Shown: positions 9,013-18,177 of the stretch, piece by piece
Layout: each line of letters starts with the position of its first letter
Numbering within the stretch: the stretch's first letter is position 1
IMG/VR virus record: IMGVR_UViG_3300027850_000002
Span: 96,001 to 160,000 of that record
DNA length: 64,000 nucleotides
Source: a virus
Strand: one strand, 5' to 3'
Notes under the pieces: generated by a model
The model's database searches: none
What the model saw: the letters and a program-made list of their open reading frames with translations, nothing else
Told to the model about the DNA's origin: nothing
Made by a program: the position numbers and the translations under genes

Positions 9013-10751
9013 AGAAGATCATCGAGCTGGATGACTACTTTCCGACGGGTGAACCGACCGTTCAAATCATCCTGCCGTGGAACAACGGACGTAGCGTCGA
9101 CACGAGTCGTGTTACCAAGTACGCGTCCGAAGCGCTCGATTACATCAAGCACGTCGCACCTGAGCCTGGCAAAACCGCGCTCCTGCTCAACGCGATGGGC
9201 GCCGAGGAGACCTACGGACCGAACCGCAACGGCGATGGGTTCCCTGAGTTTCCCGTCCCAGCTCGCGGCAAGATTGCATCGGCAGATCGTCGTTGGTTCG
9301 TACCACCGGGCGAAGAGCTGACGCACCATTACGCGTCGTTCGAAAAGAATCCTGCCCACGCGTTCATGCACCACGCAAACCGAGATCCGTCGAAGGCCTC
9401 TGGCGTGGTGAAGAAGGCGTTCTGGAATCCGCGCATGCATCGCGTGGAGCTGCTTACCCTTGTCGACAACGACAAGGACCCCGAGTGGATCAAGCGTGCG
9501 AGCGACGGTGAGTTCGTGCCCGTCAGCATGGGCTGTCGAATCAAGCGTGATGTCTGCGCACGATGCGGCAACGAAGCGCCCACGCGCGCGGACTACTGCG
9601 ACCACGTGAAGTTCGCGATGAATCAGGTCGACTCGAACGGGTTCAAGGACTATGTCCACAACCCATCGCCCGACTTTTTCGACATCTCGCGCGTGTTCCG
9701 CCCTGCGGATCGTACGGGCTACACACTCAAGAAAGTCGCAGAGACCTACGAGGTCCGACTCTCGGCAGACCTCGGCGAGATCGCCGATCGTCTCGCGCTC
9801 AAGAGCGGTGCTTCGCAAAAGCTATCCGACATCGACAAAGTGATTCGCGCTGAACCGCTCGCGTCCAGTACGCTCACACCAGACGAGAAATCGTTCATCG
9901 TAAAATTCCGGGACCACGCGGGTCCCAAGCTCGCGGCTGCACCGCGCATCAACACGGCAGGTCTGCATGTGTGGTCTCTCGGAGAGACGCTCACCGCTGC
10001 CGCAAAACACGGTGTCGTATTCAACGACCGTGAATTCATCGGACTCGCAACAAGCAAGCTCGCAGGACATCCAGTCACATTGCTTGAAGCACAGACGGAC
10101 AAGATCGCAGCCGCCGGTCGTTGGTCGCTCGCGCTGTTTGCTGAACGCCCTGAGCTACTCGCCGAAGTGATTGATAGCGGCGTGCTCGAGTCTTCAAAGA
10201 CCGCGAAGGAGTTAGATGTATTCTTCGCGAGTGTGAGCGAGAAGCGTGCGTACGCCGGAGAGATGCTCTATCGACGTCTCGTACCTGAAGATATCGGACT
10301 TGGCCCTGACGCTGCGCCCACCACGGACGTGCTGCACACGCAATACGGTGACACCACACGCGGTGCAGCGATCGATGCACAAGACGCAGTCACGCGAGCA
10401 CACATGGGCAAGGTGGTTGGCGGTGCAGGTCTGCTCCTCGGCGGATACAAAGCGCTCACTGCATTTCCATGGATGCGTAAATTCAAGGTGCCGCTTGCGA
10501 TCGGAGCAGGGGCTCTCGGCGCATCCACGTTGGGCAAACGTCCTGGTGGAACAATGCGTACCGATGAAGGCTACGACATTCCAGACATCACAGAACTGAC
10601 GTCGAAGACTGCATCGCAGGCGGCGTTTGTTCACCTTATCGAATGCGCACAAACAATGACGCGCAGATTCGATTTCTCGAGTATCAAGGTTGCGAACCTG
10701 GCGTCGTTAGATCAGGTGGCCATGGCGCTCGGTTCCATCGTCTTGACTTGA
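9009..10751 (+). CDS. prohead (capsid maturation) serine protease with Zn ribbon and C-terminal extension
   Basis: NRNGDGFP, FMHHAN (candidate His), VSMGC (candidate Ser), CARCGN..CDH. This is the layout of HK97/assemblin-fold phage proteases. Lies upstream of scaffold-like genes and the MCP. Confidence 0.75.
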   Translation: MKKIIELDDYFPTGEPTVQIILPWNNGRSVDTSRVTKYASEALDYIKHVAPEPGKTALLLNAMGAEETYGPNRNGDGFPEFPVPARGKIASADRRWFVPPGEELTHHYASFEKNPAHAFMHHANRDPSKASGVVKKAFWNPRMHRVELLTLVDNDKDPEWIKRASDGEFVPVSMGCRIKRDVCARCGNEAPTRADYCDHVKFAMNQVDSNGFKDYVHNPSPDFFDISRVFRPADRTGYTLKKVAETYEVRLSADLGEIADRLALKSGASQKLSDIDKVIRAEPLASSTLTPDEKSFIVKFRDHAGPKLAAAPRINTAGLHVWSLGETLTAAAKHGVVFNDREFIGLATSKLAGHPVTLLEAQTDKIAAAGRWSLALFAERPELLAEVIDSGVLESSKTAKELDVFFASVSEKRAYAGEMLYRRLVPEDIGLGPDAAPTTDVLHTQYGDTTRGAAIDAQDAVTRAHMGKVVGGAGLLLGGYKALTAFPWMRKFKVPLAIGAGALGASTLGKRPGGTMRTDEGYDIPDITELTSKTASQAAFVHLIECAQTMTRRFDFSSIKVANLASLDQVAMALGSIVLT

Positions 10752-10774
10752 ATTTGTTTTTCACCGCACGGCCC

Positions 10775-10783
10775 CCTATCATT
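10775..10783 (+). promoter_or_regulatory. putative late promoter motif CCTATCATT
   Basis: Intergenic, preceded by a T-rich tract, upstream of the scaffold-capsid operon (GGAG RBS, ATG 10810). Confidence 0.7.
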
Positions 10784-10809
10784 TTCACCGTAACGGAGAC
10801 GGCAATTCC

Positions 10810-11388
10810 ATGAAGCTCTCAAACGCACTCGGGATGATCAAAGGCGGCGAAAAGACCGCGAGCGCACCTGCGCCCACGGGAACTGCCTCTTCGTCGAGCG
10901 ACGCCGGCGAGCGCCTCAAGCAGGCACTCAAAGAAGCGACCGCTCCGGCACTACAGGCCAAGACGGCGGGTCAAGCCTCGCCCATCGAGGACCTGACCAA
11001 GATCGCCAATGACCTGAGCAAGGCCGAACATGACGCGCTGACCAAGGAGGCGCAGATGTATGGCGCCGCGGTCTGCGATGGTTTCATGGCGCGCGCAGCT
11101 CAGTACCAGGAAGCGGCCACGAAGGTCGCGGCCACGATGCCCACGAAGACCGCCGCGGTTGCAGGGGGCACATCGGACTTCGAGAAGTTCGCGTTCGAGA
11201 ACCCCGACCTGGTGAAGGAAGCCGCGGAACTCGGCTACGCCACCACGAAGAACCAGCTCGAGAAGCTCGGCGAAGCAGCCTACGCCAAGGGCTGGAACGA
11301 CACGGTCGAGACAATCCACAAGACGGCGAGCGATGCATTCATCGCCGGCTTCAAGGACACCCTCGCTCTGTTCGAGGGCGCACGCTGA
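10810..11388 (+). CDS. scaffold-like helical protein, very K-x-A rich
   Basis: EKTA, AKTA, TKIA, TKEA, TKVA, TKTA, EKFA, VKEA, HKTA in 192 aa. Internal AYAKGW motif. Sits between protease and MCP. Confidence 0.7.
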   Translation: MKLSNALGMIKGGEKTASAPAPTGTASSSSDAGERLKQALKEATAPALQAKTAGQASPIEDLTKIANDLSKAEHDALTKEAQMYGAAVCDGFMARAAQYQEAATKVAATMPTKTAAVAGGTSDFEKFAFENPDLVKEAAELGYATTKNQLEKLGEAAYAKGWNDTVETIHKTASDAFIAGFKDTLALFEGAR

Positions 11389-11391
11389 TCC

Positions 11392-11667
11392 ATGTCCGAT
11401 GTGAGCTACATCGACGCGGTCTCTCGCCTCAAGCATGCAGCTGAGGTGAAGGCCGCCGCAGATCCGGCGCTCGTCAAGGCGCTGCTCGGCGGAGGTGCAC
11501 TACTCGGTGGTGGTGCACTGCTCGGAAGCCATGTCGCGCACAAGCGCGATGAGGCAGCGCGCGAGCGCGCGAAGAACACTGGCTTCGGAGCTGGTGTTGC
11601 AACAGGTATGGTGGGTCCCCAGATCATTGATGCATTGCACGCCGTGATGCACCGAGGTGGTCAGTGA
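11392..11667 (+). CDS. small Gly-zipper protein
   Basis: LKHA/VKAA then LLGGGALLGGGALLG and GFGAGVATG. Confidence 0.7.
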   Translation: MSDVSYIDAVSRLKHAAEVKAAADPALVKALLGGGALLGGGALLGSHVAHKRDEAARERAKNTGFGAGVATGMVGPQIIDALHAVMHRGGQ

Positions 11668-11873
11668 GCCGCGTCCATCTTTCTCTTGTCGTTGACGAGG
11701 TGCTCGCCGAGGCGAACACCGTGTCCATGCGCAAGAACGCCGAAACGACTGCGATCAAGGTCGCAGCAGCGCAACCCAAGACCGAGACAGCGCGCAGCCT
11801 GCGTGCCCTCGCTGACGAAGTTCGTACTGCATCTGACGATGTGACGTACGATGACTTCACGGGTGCACTGTGA
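11664..11873 (+). CDS. small helical head-assembly protein
   Basis: GTGA overlap. RKNA and IKVA motifs. Confidence 0.65.
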   Translation: MSRVHLSLVVDEVLAEANTVSMRKNAETTAIKVAAAQPKTETARSLRALADEVRTASDDVTYDDFTGAL

Positions 11874-12025
11874 AGGAATCTGAAATGCTTCGTTCGATTG
11901 CGAATGACCTGCGCGAGCAGGGCACAAAGCAAGCCGAGACCCGCAAGGTCAAGGCAGCAAGCATCCTCGTTGCAGCGACCGGATTCGGTATGCTGCGCGC
12001 CAAGCTCGGAGGCACTCGTGGTTAA
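11870..12025 (+). CDS. 51-aa protein not in the ORF track (MKESEMLRSIANDLREQG...)
   Basis: GTGA overlap with the upstream stop, fills the gap. Resembles LRALADEVR of the upstream ORF. Confidence 0.6.
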   Translation: MKESEMLRSIANDLREQGTKQAETRKVKAASILVAATGFGMLRAKLGGTRG

Positions 12026-12371
12026 TCACGCCAAGCTCGCGGCGGTCTTCGACGCGATGGCCGACTACATCGACGAAGTCGAGACCGAGAAGACCTCATC
12101 TGTCGAAAGCGCGCGTCAAGCTCGCATCGACAAGGTTGCAACCCTACACGCCGCCGCGCACGGTGAAGAGTTGTCCGAGACCACACGCAAGAAGCTCGCT
12201 TCTAGCGATGCGGCCCTCGATTATGTCGAGGACTTGCTGTCCAAGCAGGCCGGCGTCGTTACTCCCCTCGGTGCAGGAGCGTCATCGGACGATGACACTC
12301 AGCCCAAGACAATCAAACAAGCAGCTGATGCGGCGGACGAACGATTCGTCAGCTGGATCGTTTCCTCGTAG
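12018..12371 (+). CDS. scaffold-like protein
   Basis: GGAGG RBS before GTG 12018. AKLA/DKVA/KKLA/SKQA/IKQA motifs. Ends ADERFVSWIVS. Confidence 0.7.
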   Translation: MVNHAKLAAVFDAMADYIDEVETEKTSSVESARQARIDKVATLHAAAHGEELSETTRKKLASSDAALDYVEDLLSKQAGVVTPLGAGASSDDDTQPKTIKQAADAADERFVSWIVSS

Positions 12372-12397
12372 CGCATTCTTTCCGGAGGCAGACTAAG

Positions 12398-12862
12398 ATG
12401 ATCCTGAACAGCAAGTTCGACGTTCTGCGCGGTTGGCCCCGTGAAGGCGCAATCGACGAGTCCTTCACCATCAAACAGACCGTGCCCGGAACGGATGACC
12501 TGCTGCCACTCGGCACGGTCATCTCCGTTACCGCGACCGGCGTCGTTGCAGTGACTTCCACGCCAAATCGTGCAACGACCAACCCCGTTGCAACATGGGT
12601 CGTGGTCGCCGGCAACGACGACTTCTCGAGCCAGTTCGTCCACAAGGTTGTGGCGCTCCGCAGCAATGCAGAGTTCAAGCTGGACCCAGCGAACTTCAAC
12701 GCAGGTGTCTACACCCCGGGCACCAAGCTGACGTTCAGCGCCGGCAAGTGGCAGCCCGCCGTCGCGGGCAACCAGATCATCGGTGAGGTCCTCCAGGACA
12801 ACACCGCGACCGACGGCACGATCGTCGTGTTCTACACCGGCGGCGACGCCGCGGCCCTCTGA
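12398..12862 (+). CDS. capsid decoration/cement protein
   Basis: Beta-rich 154-aa protein directly upstream of the MCP, ending in GTKLTFSAGKW...IIGEV. Confidence 0.6.
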   Translation: MILNSKFDVLRGWPREGAIDESFTIKQTVPGTDDLLPLGTVISVTATGVVAVTSTPNRATTNPVATWVVVAGNDDFSSQFVHKVVALRSNAEFKLDPANFNAGVYTPGTKLTFSAGKWQPAVAGNQIIGEVLQDNTATDGTIVVFYTGGDAAAL

Positions 12863-12889
12863 GCCCTGGACTAAGGAGAACCACACAAC

Positions 12890-13828
12890 ATGTCGGCAGC
12901 GTACAAAACTCAGACCCAGCAGGTCTCGGCTCAGTTCATCAACTCCAACTTCGTCCGTAAGGTCGAGGACGGTCGCACCAAGGAGGCGGAGGCCGAGGGC
13001 ACCGCCTTCATCCGCCAGAAGCTCCGTCAGGAATCCTTCGCGCGCGAGATCATCGAGCCAGTCATGCTGGCGGACGATGAGATCGACCGCGACGAGAACA
13101 CGGATCAGCCCAAGAAGATCGTCGAGAAGGAGCCCGACTCCGTCGCCACGTTCGTGCCGTTCAACGGTACGGCGCAGCGCACGTGGTTCCGTGGCAAGCG
13201 CTTCTCGGTCTTCTTCGGCAAGACCGAGTCGCAGCGGTTCACCAAGAACAAGTTCGAGCTGATGACGTATCAGAACGACATCCGCAAGATCCTCTCCGAC
13301 AACTCGGTGAAGGACATGTCGGACCAGGAAGACCAGAAGTTCCTGGACACCATCAACGCGATCATCGCGTTGAACCTCGCGACGCAGCGCACCCTCGCGG
13401 GCGCGTTCAACTCGAGCGCGTTCAAGCAAGGCTTCCAGGCGCTCGTCAATCGGAAGCAGCCAATCGGCAAGCTCCTGATGTCGAAGTCGACGTACTACGA
13501 GGCCCTCGACCTGCCGGCGACCGCCGTCGGTAACGACGTGGCGTCGCGGCACTACGACGTGGGCATCGAGGCCGAGGAGAAGCTGTGGGGCATCCCCGTG
13601 GTTTCGACCATCAAGCGTGAGATCGTCGACGACGTCGCCGGTGCCACCCGCCGCTCGGTCTACGTGTTCGCGCCGCAGAACTACCTCGGCGTGTTCTTCC
13701 TGCTGCAGGACGCAACCCTGTACATCAAGCAGGAAGCCGACATCATCGAGTTCTGGAGCTACGCAGCCCCGGGCATCGGGATCGGCAACACGCTCGCGTC
13801 GCAGCGTATCGACCTGCCGTTCGCCTGA
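12890..13828 (+). CDS. major capsid protein (HK97 fold)
   Basis: Strong RBS TAAGGAG, strong codon bias, 312 aa. FIRQKLRQESFAREII N-arm, backbone helix DIRKILSDNSVKDMSDQEDQKFL, LWGIPVVSTIK, VYVFAP..LG. Followed by a hairpin. Confidence 0.8.
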   Translation: MSAAYKTQTQQVSAQFINSNFVRKVEDGRTKEAEAEGTAFIRQKLRQESFAREIIEPVMLADDEIDRDENTDQPKKIVEKEPDSVATFVPFNGTAQRTWFRGKRFSVFFGKTESQRFTKNKFELMTYQNDIRKILSDNSVKDMSDQEDQKFLDTINAIIALNLATQRTLAGAFNSSAFKQGFQALVNRKQPIGKLLMSKSTYYEALDLPATAVGNDVASRHYDVGIEAEEKLWGIPVVSTIKREIVDDVAGATRRSVYVFAPQNYLGVFFLLQDATLYIKQEADIIEFWSYAAPGIGIGNTLASQRIDLPFA

Positions 13829-13855
13829 ACAGCGTCCCTAACCCAGGGTAGGCTG

Positions 13856-13899
13856 AGGCCTTCTTCCTCCCTTGTTTGGGGATTCAGGAAGAGGGCCTT
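13856..13899 (+). terminator. stem-loop downstream of MCP (terminator or mRNA stabiliser)
   Basis: AGGCCTTCTTCCT...AGGAAGAGGGCCT inverted repeat with a weak U tract. Confidence 0.55.
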
Positions 13900-13923
13900 C
13901 GTCGTTTCACCATTGGAGACTTC

Positions 13924-14361
13924 ATGTCGAACAAGATCATCAAGAACACACAAGAGAGCACCCTTGACCTTACGCCGATGCGAGACGTCTTCGATGTCGT
14001 CCTCGTCCTGCGTCCGAAAGGAACGCCCGGCGACTCGCGCGAGATCTCCGAGGAGACTGCGAACGATGAAGTGGTCGCACGTGTTCTGGGAGCCCGCTGG
14101 GTGACCCTCAGCGACGCGACCTCGACCGCTGTCGCTGAGATCACCGTCGCCCCGCCCGTTGCGGAAGTCGTGACACCCGTCGACACCGCACCGATGTTCG
14201 AGGAGCCCAAGGCCGAAGAGTCCAAGGCGGAGCCGGAGCCGGTCGCCGAGGAGCCCAAGACCGAAGTGCCGACGGAAGCTGCGACGGTGTCTGAGACGCC
14301 GGTCGAGCCCAGCAGCCGTACGTTTCCCGCCGAGCCGCCACACAAGTCCAAGCGCCGCTAA
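13924..14361 (+). CDS. hypothetical protein with Glu/Pro-rich tail
   Basis: GGAG RBS before ATG 13924. Confidence 0.7.
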   Translation: MSNKIIKNTQESTLDLTPMRDVFDVVLVLRPKGTPGDSREISEETANDEVVARVLGARWVTLSDATSTAVAEITVAPPVAEVVTPVDTAPMFEEPKAEESKAEPEPVAEEPKTEVPTEAATVSETPVEPSSRTFPAEPPHKSKRR

Positions 14362-14419
14362 GTCTTCGGCTACAATAGAGGCACGTCATGTTTAGCCTCG
14401 AGAGGACGTTCACACGCTA

Positions 14420-14899
14420 ATGCCGGTCATTGGAACACCGACGACGCCGACGGTGGTCTCAAAGGACCAAGTCCGCATGTTCATGCGTGACTATGCGAAC
14501 AACAACATCCTCCTCGACGATGTACAGTTCACCGATAAAGAACTGAACCTGGCGCTAGCCATGGCGACGAGTGCGTTCAATACCGTCACTCCCCAGACGA
14601 ACTTCACACCGTCGACATTTCCTCCGCAGCTGATGTACCTCCTGCTCATTGGTACGGTTCGATTCCTGCTCATGAGCGAGTCGTTCATGCAGGCAAGAAA
14701 CCAGGCGACCGTGCAGGACGGTGACATCTCACCAATCGGCATTTCAGATAAGGCCCAGCTGTATTCGTCGCTGGCGCAACAACTCAAGGCCGAGTGGGAT
14801 GAACTAACACGCGGTGTGAAGACGCAGAACAACATGGAAGCGGCCTACGCTTCATTGGGTTCTGGGTACCGAAACACGTCGCGGTTCAATCACTCGTGA
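14420..14899 (+). CDS. head-tail adaptor (neck) protein
   Basis: Helical 159 aa after MCP (VRMFMRD...FTDKELNLAL...). Position and pattern fit neck adaptors. Confidence 0.55.
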   Translation: MPVIGTPTTPTVVSKDQVRMFMRDYANNNILLDDVQFTDKELNLALAMATSAFNTVTPQTNFTPSTFPPQLMYLLLIGTVRFLLMSESFMQARNQATVQDGDISPIGISDKAQLYSSLAQQLKAEWDELTRGVKTQNNMEAAYASLGSGYRNTSRFNHS

Positions 14900-15165
14900 C
14901 CGTTCGCGCGTCATACGTGTGCGGACGGAATGCAGCGCTCGCACGGTTCAAGCTCGCAGGTACGATGGGTGCGAGCATCGGCGTCCAGCCAAAAGGTCCC
15001 GAGGTCAGCCACGGCACGGATCGCACGCAGTACCCGCCACAATCCGGCGGCACCAGTGCAGCACGTTCGAACATGCCTGATTGGTTGTGGGACCACTTCA
15101 CATCCTACGACAAGGTCGCGCCAGGGCGCGCGGATGGTACGTACGGACAAGAAGTCATCGGGTAA
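14896..15165 (+). CDS. small tagged virion protein
   Basis: MTVRASYVCGRNAALARFKLAG: tag followed by KLA. Confidence 0.7.
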   Translation: MTVRASYVCGRNAALARFKLAGTMGASIGVQPKGPEVSHGTDRTQYPPQSGGTSAARSNMPDWLWDHFTSYDKVAPGRADGTYGQEVIG

Positions 15166-15172
15166 AATTCGC

Positions 15173-15181
15173 CCTATAATT
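15173..15181 (+). promoter_or_regulatory. putative late promoter motif CCTATAATT (leaderless start)
   Basis: 5 nt before ATG 15187, no SD. Confidence 0.7.
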
Positions 15182-15186
15182 CAACC

Positions 15187-15363
15187 ATGTCGAACCACCT
15201 GAAGACCGCACACGAGTACGGCGTCCAGAAGGCGCTCGAGAACGTCGGATACAAGAGCGCGGAGGAAGTCCGCCGCGATGCCGAGGCGCTCGGCATTCTC
15301 GAGCAGCCGACGAAGACGGCATCGACCTCGCTCGACGACCTGTTCCGCGCGCTCCAGAAGTAA
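15187..15363 (+). CDS. 58-aa tagged protein not in the ORF track
   Basis: MSNHLKTAHEYGVQKALENVGYKSAEE...TKTAS...; good codon usage. Confidence 0.75.
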   Translation: MSNHLKTAHEYGVQKALENVGYKSAEEVRRDAEALGILEQPTKTASTSLDDLFRALQK

Positions 15364-15371
15364 ACACACCC

Positions 15372-15767
15372 ATGTCGCTGTTGCGCCAAAGGTCGGCTGA
15401 GGGCGGGCGCGCAGCGCTCGCGGCCTTTGGCGTGGTTAAGACTGCGACGGGGTTCAAGCAACCGGGGTTCAAGTCCGTCGGAATCCTACTTCCGAAGGCT
15501 GCGGATCTTCCGCCGATCCCACCGCCAAGCGTGCCTTCGCCGCTCGGTATTGGTAGGATCGAGAGCAACTACGACTTCGTACCCAAGGTCGCCTTCAACG
15601 TCGGAATGGGGGCTTCGACTTCCACTGACGGAGCGGGCGCTCAGCGGGGAGTTCCAGCGGATACGGGACGTCGTCAACGCAGCGTCATCGACCGGGCGTT
15701 CCAACGCAACGAAGACGATTACGCAACAAGCAGCATGCCGTTGCCAGGGGACGTTGTCGCGCCATGA
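15372..15767 (+). CDS. tagged virion protein
   Basis: MSLLRQRSAEGGRAALAAFGVVKTA; PKAA and PKVA motifs. Confidence 0.7.
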   Translation: MSLLRQRSAEGGRAALAAFGVVKTATGFKQPGFKSVGILLPKAADLPPIPPPSVPSPLGIGRIESNYDFVPKVAFNVGMGASTSTDGAGAQRGVPADTGRRQRSVIDRAFQRNEDDYATSSMPLPGDVVAP

Positions 15768-16561
15768 CGCTCGAACTCATCTACGCAAATGGGCAGCTCG
15801 CGGCACTCGAACGCTACAAGCTCGGATTCCCCGCGCACCCAACGGTCGCGAACAGCGCCGTGCTGACGACGAAGAAAACTTCACCGACACTGCCCGCTGC
15901 AGCACAGCAGGGGATGGCGCCACCATCAACGCCCATGGGCCTCTCTCAGATCTTCGATGCGCACGAACAAGGTGAAACGCGCTCGGAACCTCGGCGCAAG
16001 CTGTCGGCCGATAATCTATGCACGTCGTGCCGAAGGATGAAGCACTACGGCAAATGCAGTCGTCCGCGTGCGATTCCCGAGAAGGCCGCTGATTTAAACA
16101 TCGGGATGCAGGGCTACAGCCCTGAACAGGGCAACAACCCATCCACGAGCCCTAACTACCGCTCAGCGGTCAGCTCGATCAGCTCGCTCACGCGCGCGTT
16201 AGAGGGTCGCCCCGCCGATGAGCAGGCAGCATCTGGGTTCGCGGACCTGTACCGCGGGGGCGGGATTTCGAACATGGCGGATGAGCCGGGCCAGATGTCG
16301 GGCAGCCTCGCCAAAGTCGCGAACAAGCTCAGCGCCTTCATGTTGCCCGACGCAGGGCTCCATTCGATGCACGAGCAGCGGGGACCGACCGTGAACCCGT
16401 ACGAAGAGCAGCGAACACGGATGGGAGCGCCTGTCGGCTTCGGCGACGAGGGGCTGCAACGCATCAATCGGGCCTTCAATCAGATCGACCACGCGGCCGA
16501 CACCACGAACATCGGGGGCGGCGCCGGCGATCCAGAGCCAGGGCCGGCGGTCCTTGGCTGA
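15764..16561 (+). CDS. tagged virion protein with short C-x2-C..H..C motif
   Basis: MTLELIYANGQLAALERYKLG; CTSCRRMKHYGKC; EKAA and AKVA motifs. Confidence 0.7.
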   Translation: MTLELIYANGQLAALERYKLGFPAHPTVANSAVLTTKKTSPTLPAAAQQGMAPPSTPMGLSQIFDAHEQGETRSEPRRKLSADNLCTSCRRMKHYGKCSRPRAIPEKAADLNIGMQGYSPEQGNNPSTSPNYRSAVSSISSLTRALEGRPADEQAASGFADLYRGGGISNMADEPGQMSGSLAKVANKLSAFMLPDAGLHSMHEQRGPTVNPYEEQRTRMGAPVGFGDEGLQRINRAFNQIDHAADTTNIGGGAGDPEPGPAVLG

Positions 16562-17396
16562 AGTTCACATCACGCGAACTACCGCACTGTTTCCGAGCGC
16601 CGTGTTCGTGCAATGGAACGTGGAATCGGAGGAGAGTGGAGCGTTCTTCGTCGATGTTGCGCGATCCGAGAGTCCCGACGGCCCATGGGAATACATCGCG
16701 ACAGGTCTTCGTGAAGCGTACAACTTCGTCGACGATCAGTTCAACCTGCCTCCAGCAGACCCGCGGAACGCAGGTCGCGAGGGCTTGAACCTGTTCTCGC
16801 TCGCGCGTGCGGTCTACTACCAAATTACAGTGACGCCGCCGTCGGGCTCCGCGAACGCGTTTCACAGCCACGCGGAACCTGTCGAACCTGGACTTGACCG
16901 ACGCACACGTTTGTTCAAACGCAAAATCCTCCACGATCAAGCGGTCGGATACCGACGTCTAAACGGGATCCCACTCATCGTGTTGAAACGTCGTCGCTGG
17001 GGTGACCGTTGTCCGAAATGCTACGACCCCGTGACACGGGAATCGACACTCGAGCACTGCTTGACGTGCTTTGGAACGACGTTCGTCGGAGGCTACTGGA
17101 CTCCGACGCCGATCCGCGGACGTCGTGAAGCAGCGACGGTCGAAACGAACATCACGGCACATGGCGATAGCGACGTGAAGTTCAACGACTTCAATATCCT
17201 TGACTACCCTCTTGTCGAATACAAAGACATCATTGTTGATGTCGTACGGAATGAACGCTACCAAGTTCAACGCGTTCACCCTACAGAACTGAAAAGCGTC
17301 ACGGTACACCAGAAACTAACGACGTCTCTACTCGGTCACAACTCGATTGAATACAAGCTGCTCGTGGACCTGACGGCAACGCCGTCTCTGTACTAA
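16554..17396 (+). CDS. neck/head-closure protein with Zn finger
   Basis: FN3-like N-terminus, then RCPKCYD..CLTCFGTTFVGGY. Sits between capsid and tail genes. Confidence 0.55.
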   Translation: MAEVHITRTTALFPSAVFVQWNVESEESGAFFVDVARSESPDGPWEYIATGLREAYNFVDDQFNLPPADPRNAGREGLNLFSLARAVYYQITVTPPSGSANAFHSHAEPVEPGLDRRTRLFKRKILHDQAVGYRRLNGIPLIVLKRRRWGDRCPKCYDPVTRESTLEHCLTCFGTTFVGGYWTPTPIRGRREAATVETNITAHGDSDVKFNDFNILDYPLVEYKDIIVDVVRNERYQVQRVHPTELKSVTVHQKLTTSLLGHNSIEYKLLVDLTATPSLY

Positions 17397-17399
17397 CCC

Positions 17400-18107
17400 A
17401 TGGCCGACAACTATCCCAAGTACGTACCGGACCCGAAGGTAGTACCTTCACCGGAAGAAACGCAGCAAGTCAGCATCCGTCCTGGGTCAAAACTTGCGGT
17501 GTTGGGAGTATTTGTCGAAATCATCCGAAGGCGTTTCGGGCGAGACATCGTGGGGGATGAATTCCAGTGGCGCTGGGACTCAGATATCAAGGTCACAAAG
17601 CTAGCCGTCGAGAGCGCGTTCAACGAAGACAAAACGCACCGGAACTTCCGTCCTGCCGTCTACGTGGATTGTGACGACCAGACGATGGGCCGTGTCGTAC
17701 TCGGAGACCGGGCGGGTCTCAACCTCAAGACCGGGCTTGAAGGCTTCTGGAATCTGCAAACGGTTCCAATCCTGATCGAGTGCGTCACGGGAAAGCGCGC
17801 AGAGAGTGCTGCACTCGGCGACATCATCGGAATTTTCTTGCAGGCCTCGAGTGACCTCATCCAAGGCAAGTTCGGTTTCCACGACATGACGCCTGTTACG
17901 GTTGGACGAACACAGCCAGCGCAGCGCGACAAAGACCAATGGGTGACGTCCGTGACTTTCGTGGTGCAGTACCCGCAGCGTTGGACGAATGCTCCAACGG
18001 CACCGCTGCTGCGAGAGCTGGAGATGGATATCTCCCGTTCCGGTGCAGAATCAGCGACCGAGTTCTTCGAGTCTATCGCCCTGTCTTGGCAGGACGTGCC
18101 CGAGTAG
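17400..18107 (+). CDS. tail terminator/completion protein
   Basis: RPAVYVD motif, directly before the sheath. Confidence 0.55.
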   Translation: MADNYPKYVPDPKVVPSPEETQQVSIRPGSKLAVLGVFVEIIRRRFGRDIVGDEFQWRWDSDIKVTKLAVESAFNEDKTHRNFRPAVYVDCDDQTMGRVVLGDRAGLNLKTGLEGFWNLQTVPILIECVTGKRAESAALGDIIGIFLQASSDLIQGKFGFHDMTPVTVGRTQPAQRDKDQWVTSVTFVVQYPQRWTNAPTAPLLRELEMDISRSGAESATEFFESIALSWQDVPE

Positions 18108-18137
18108 GGCCCTTCGTCGTGTTTCGTTGCCCAACAC

Positions 18138-18146
18138 CCTATAATT
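18138..18146 (+). promoter_or_regulatory. putative late promoter motif CCTATAATT
   Basis: Intergenic, upstream of the sheath gene. Confidence 0.7.
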
Positions 18147-18177
18147 TCCGCAACCCTATGGACTCGGAGAACTGATC

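Noticed and set aside
12890-13828. Encapsulin nanocompartment
   Set aside because: The short HK97-fold protein sits among protease, neck and tail genes, so MCP is the simpler call.
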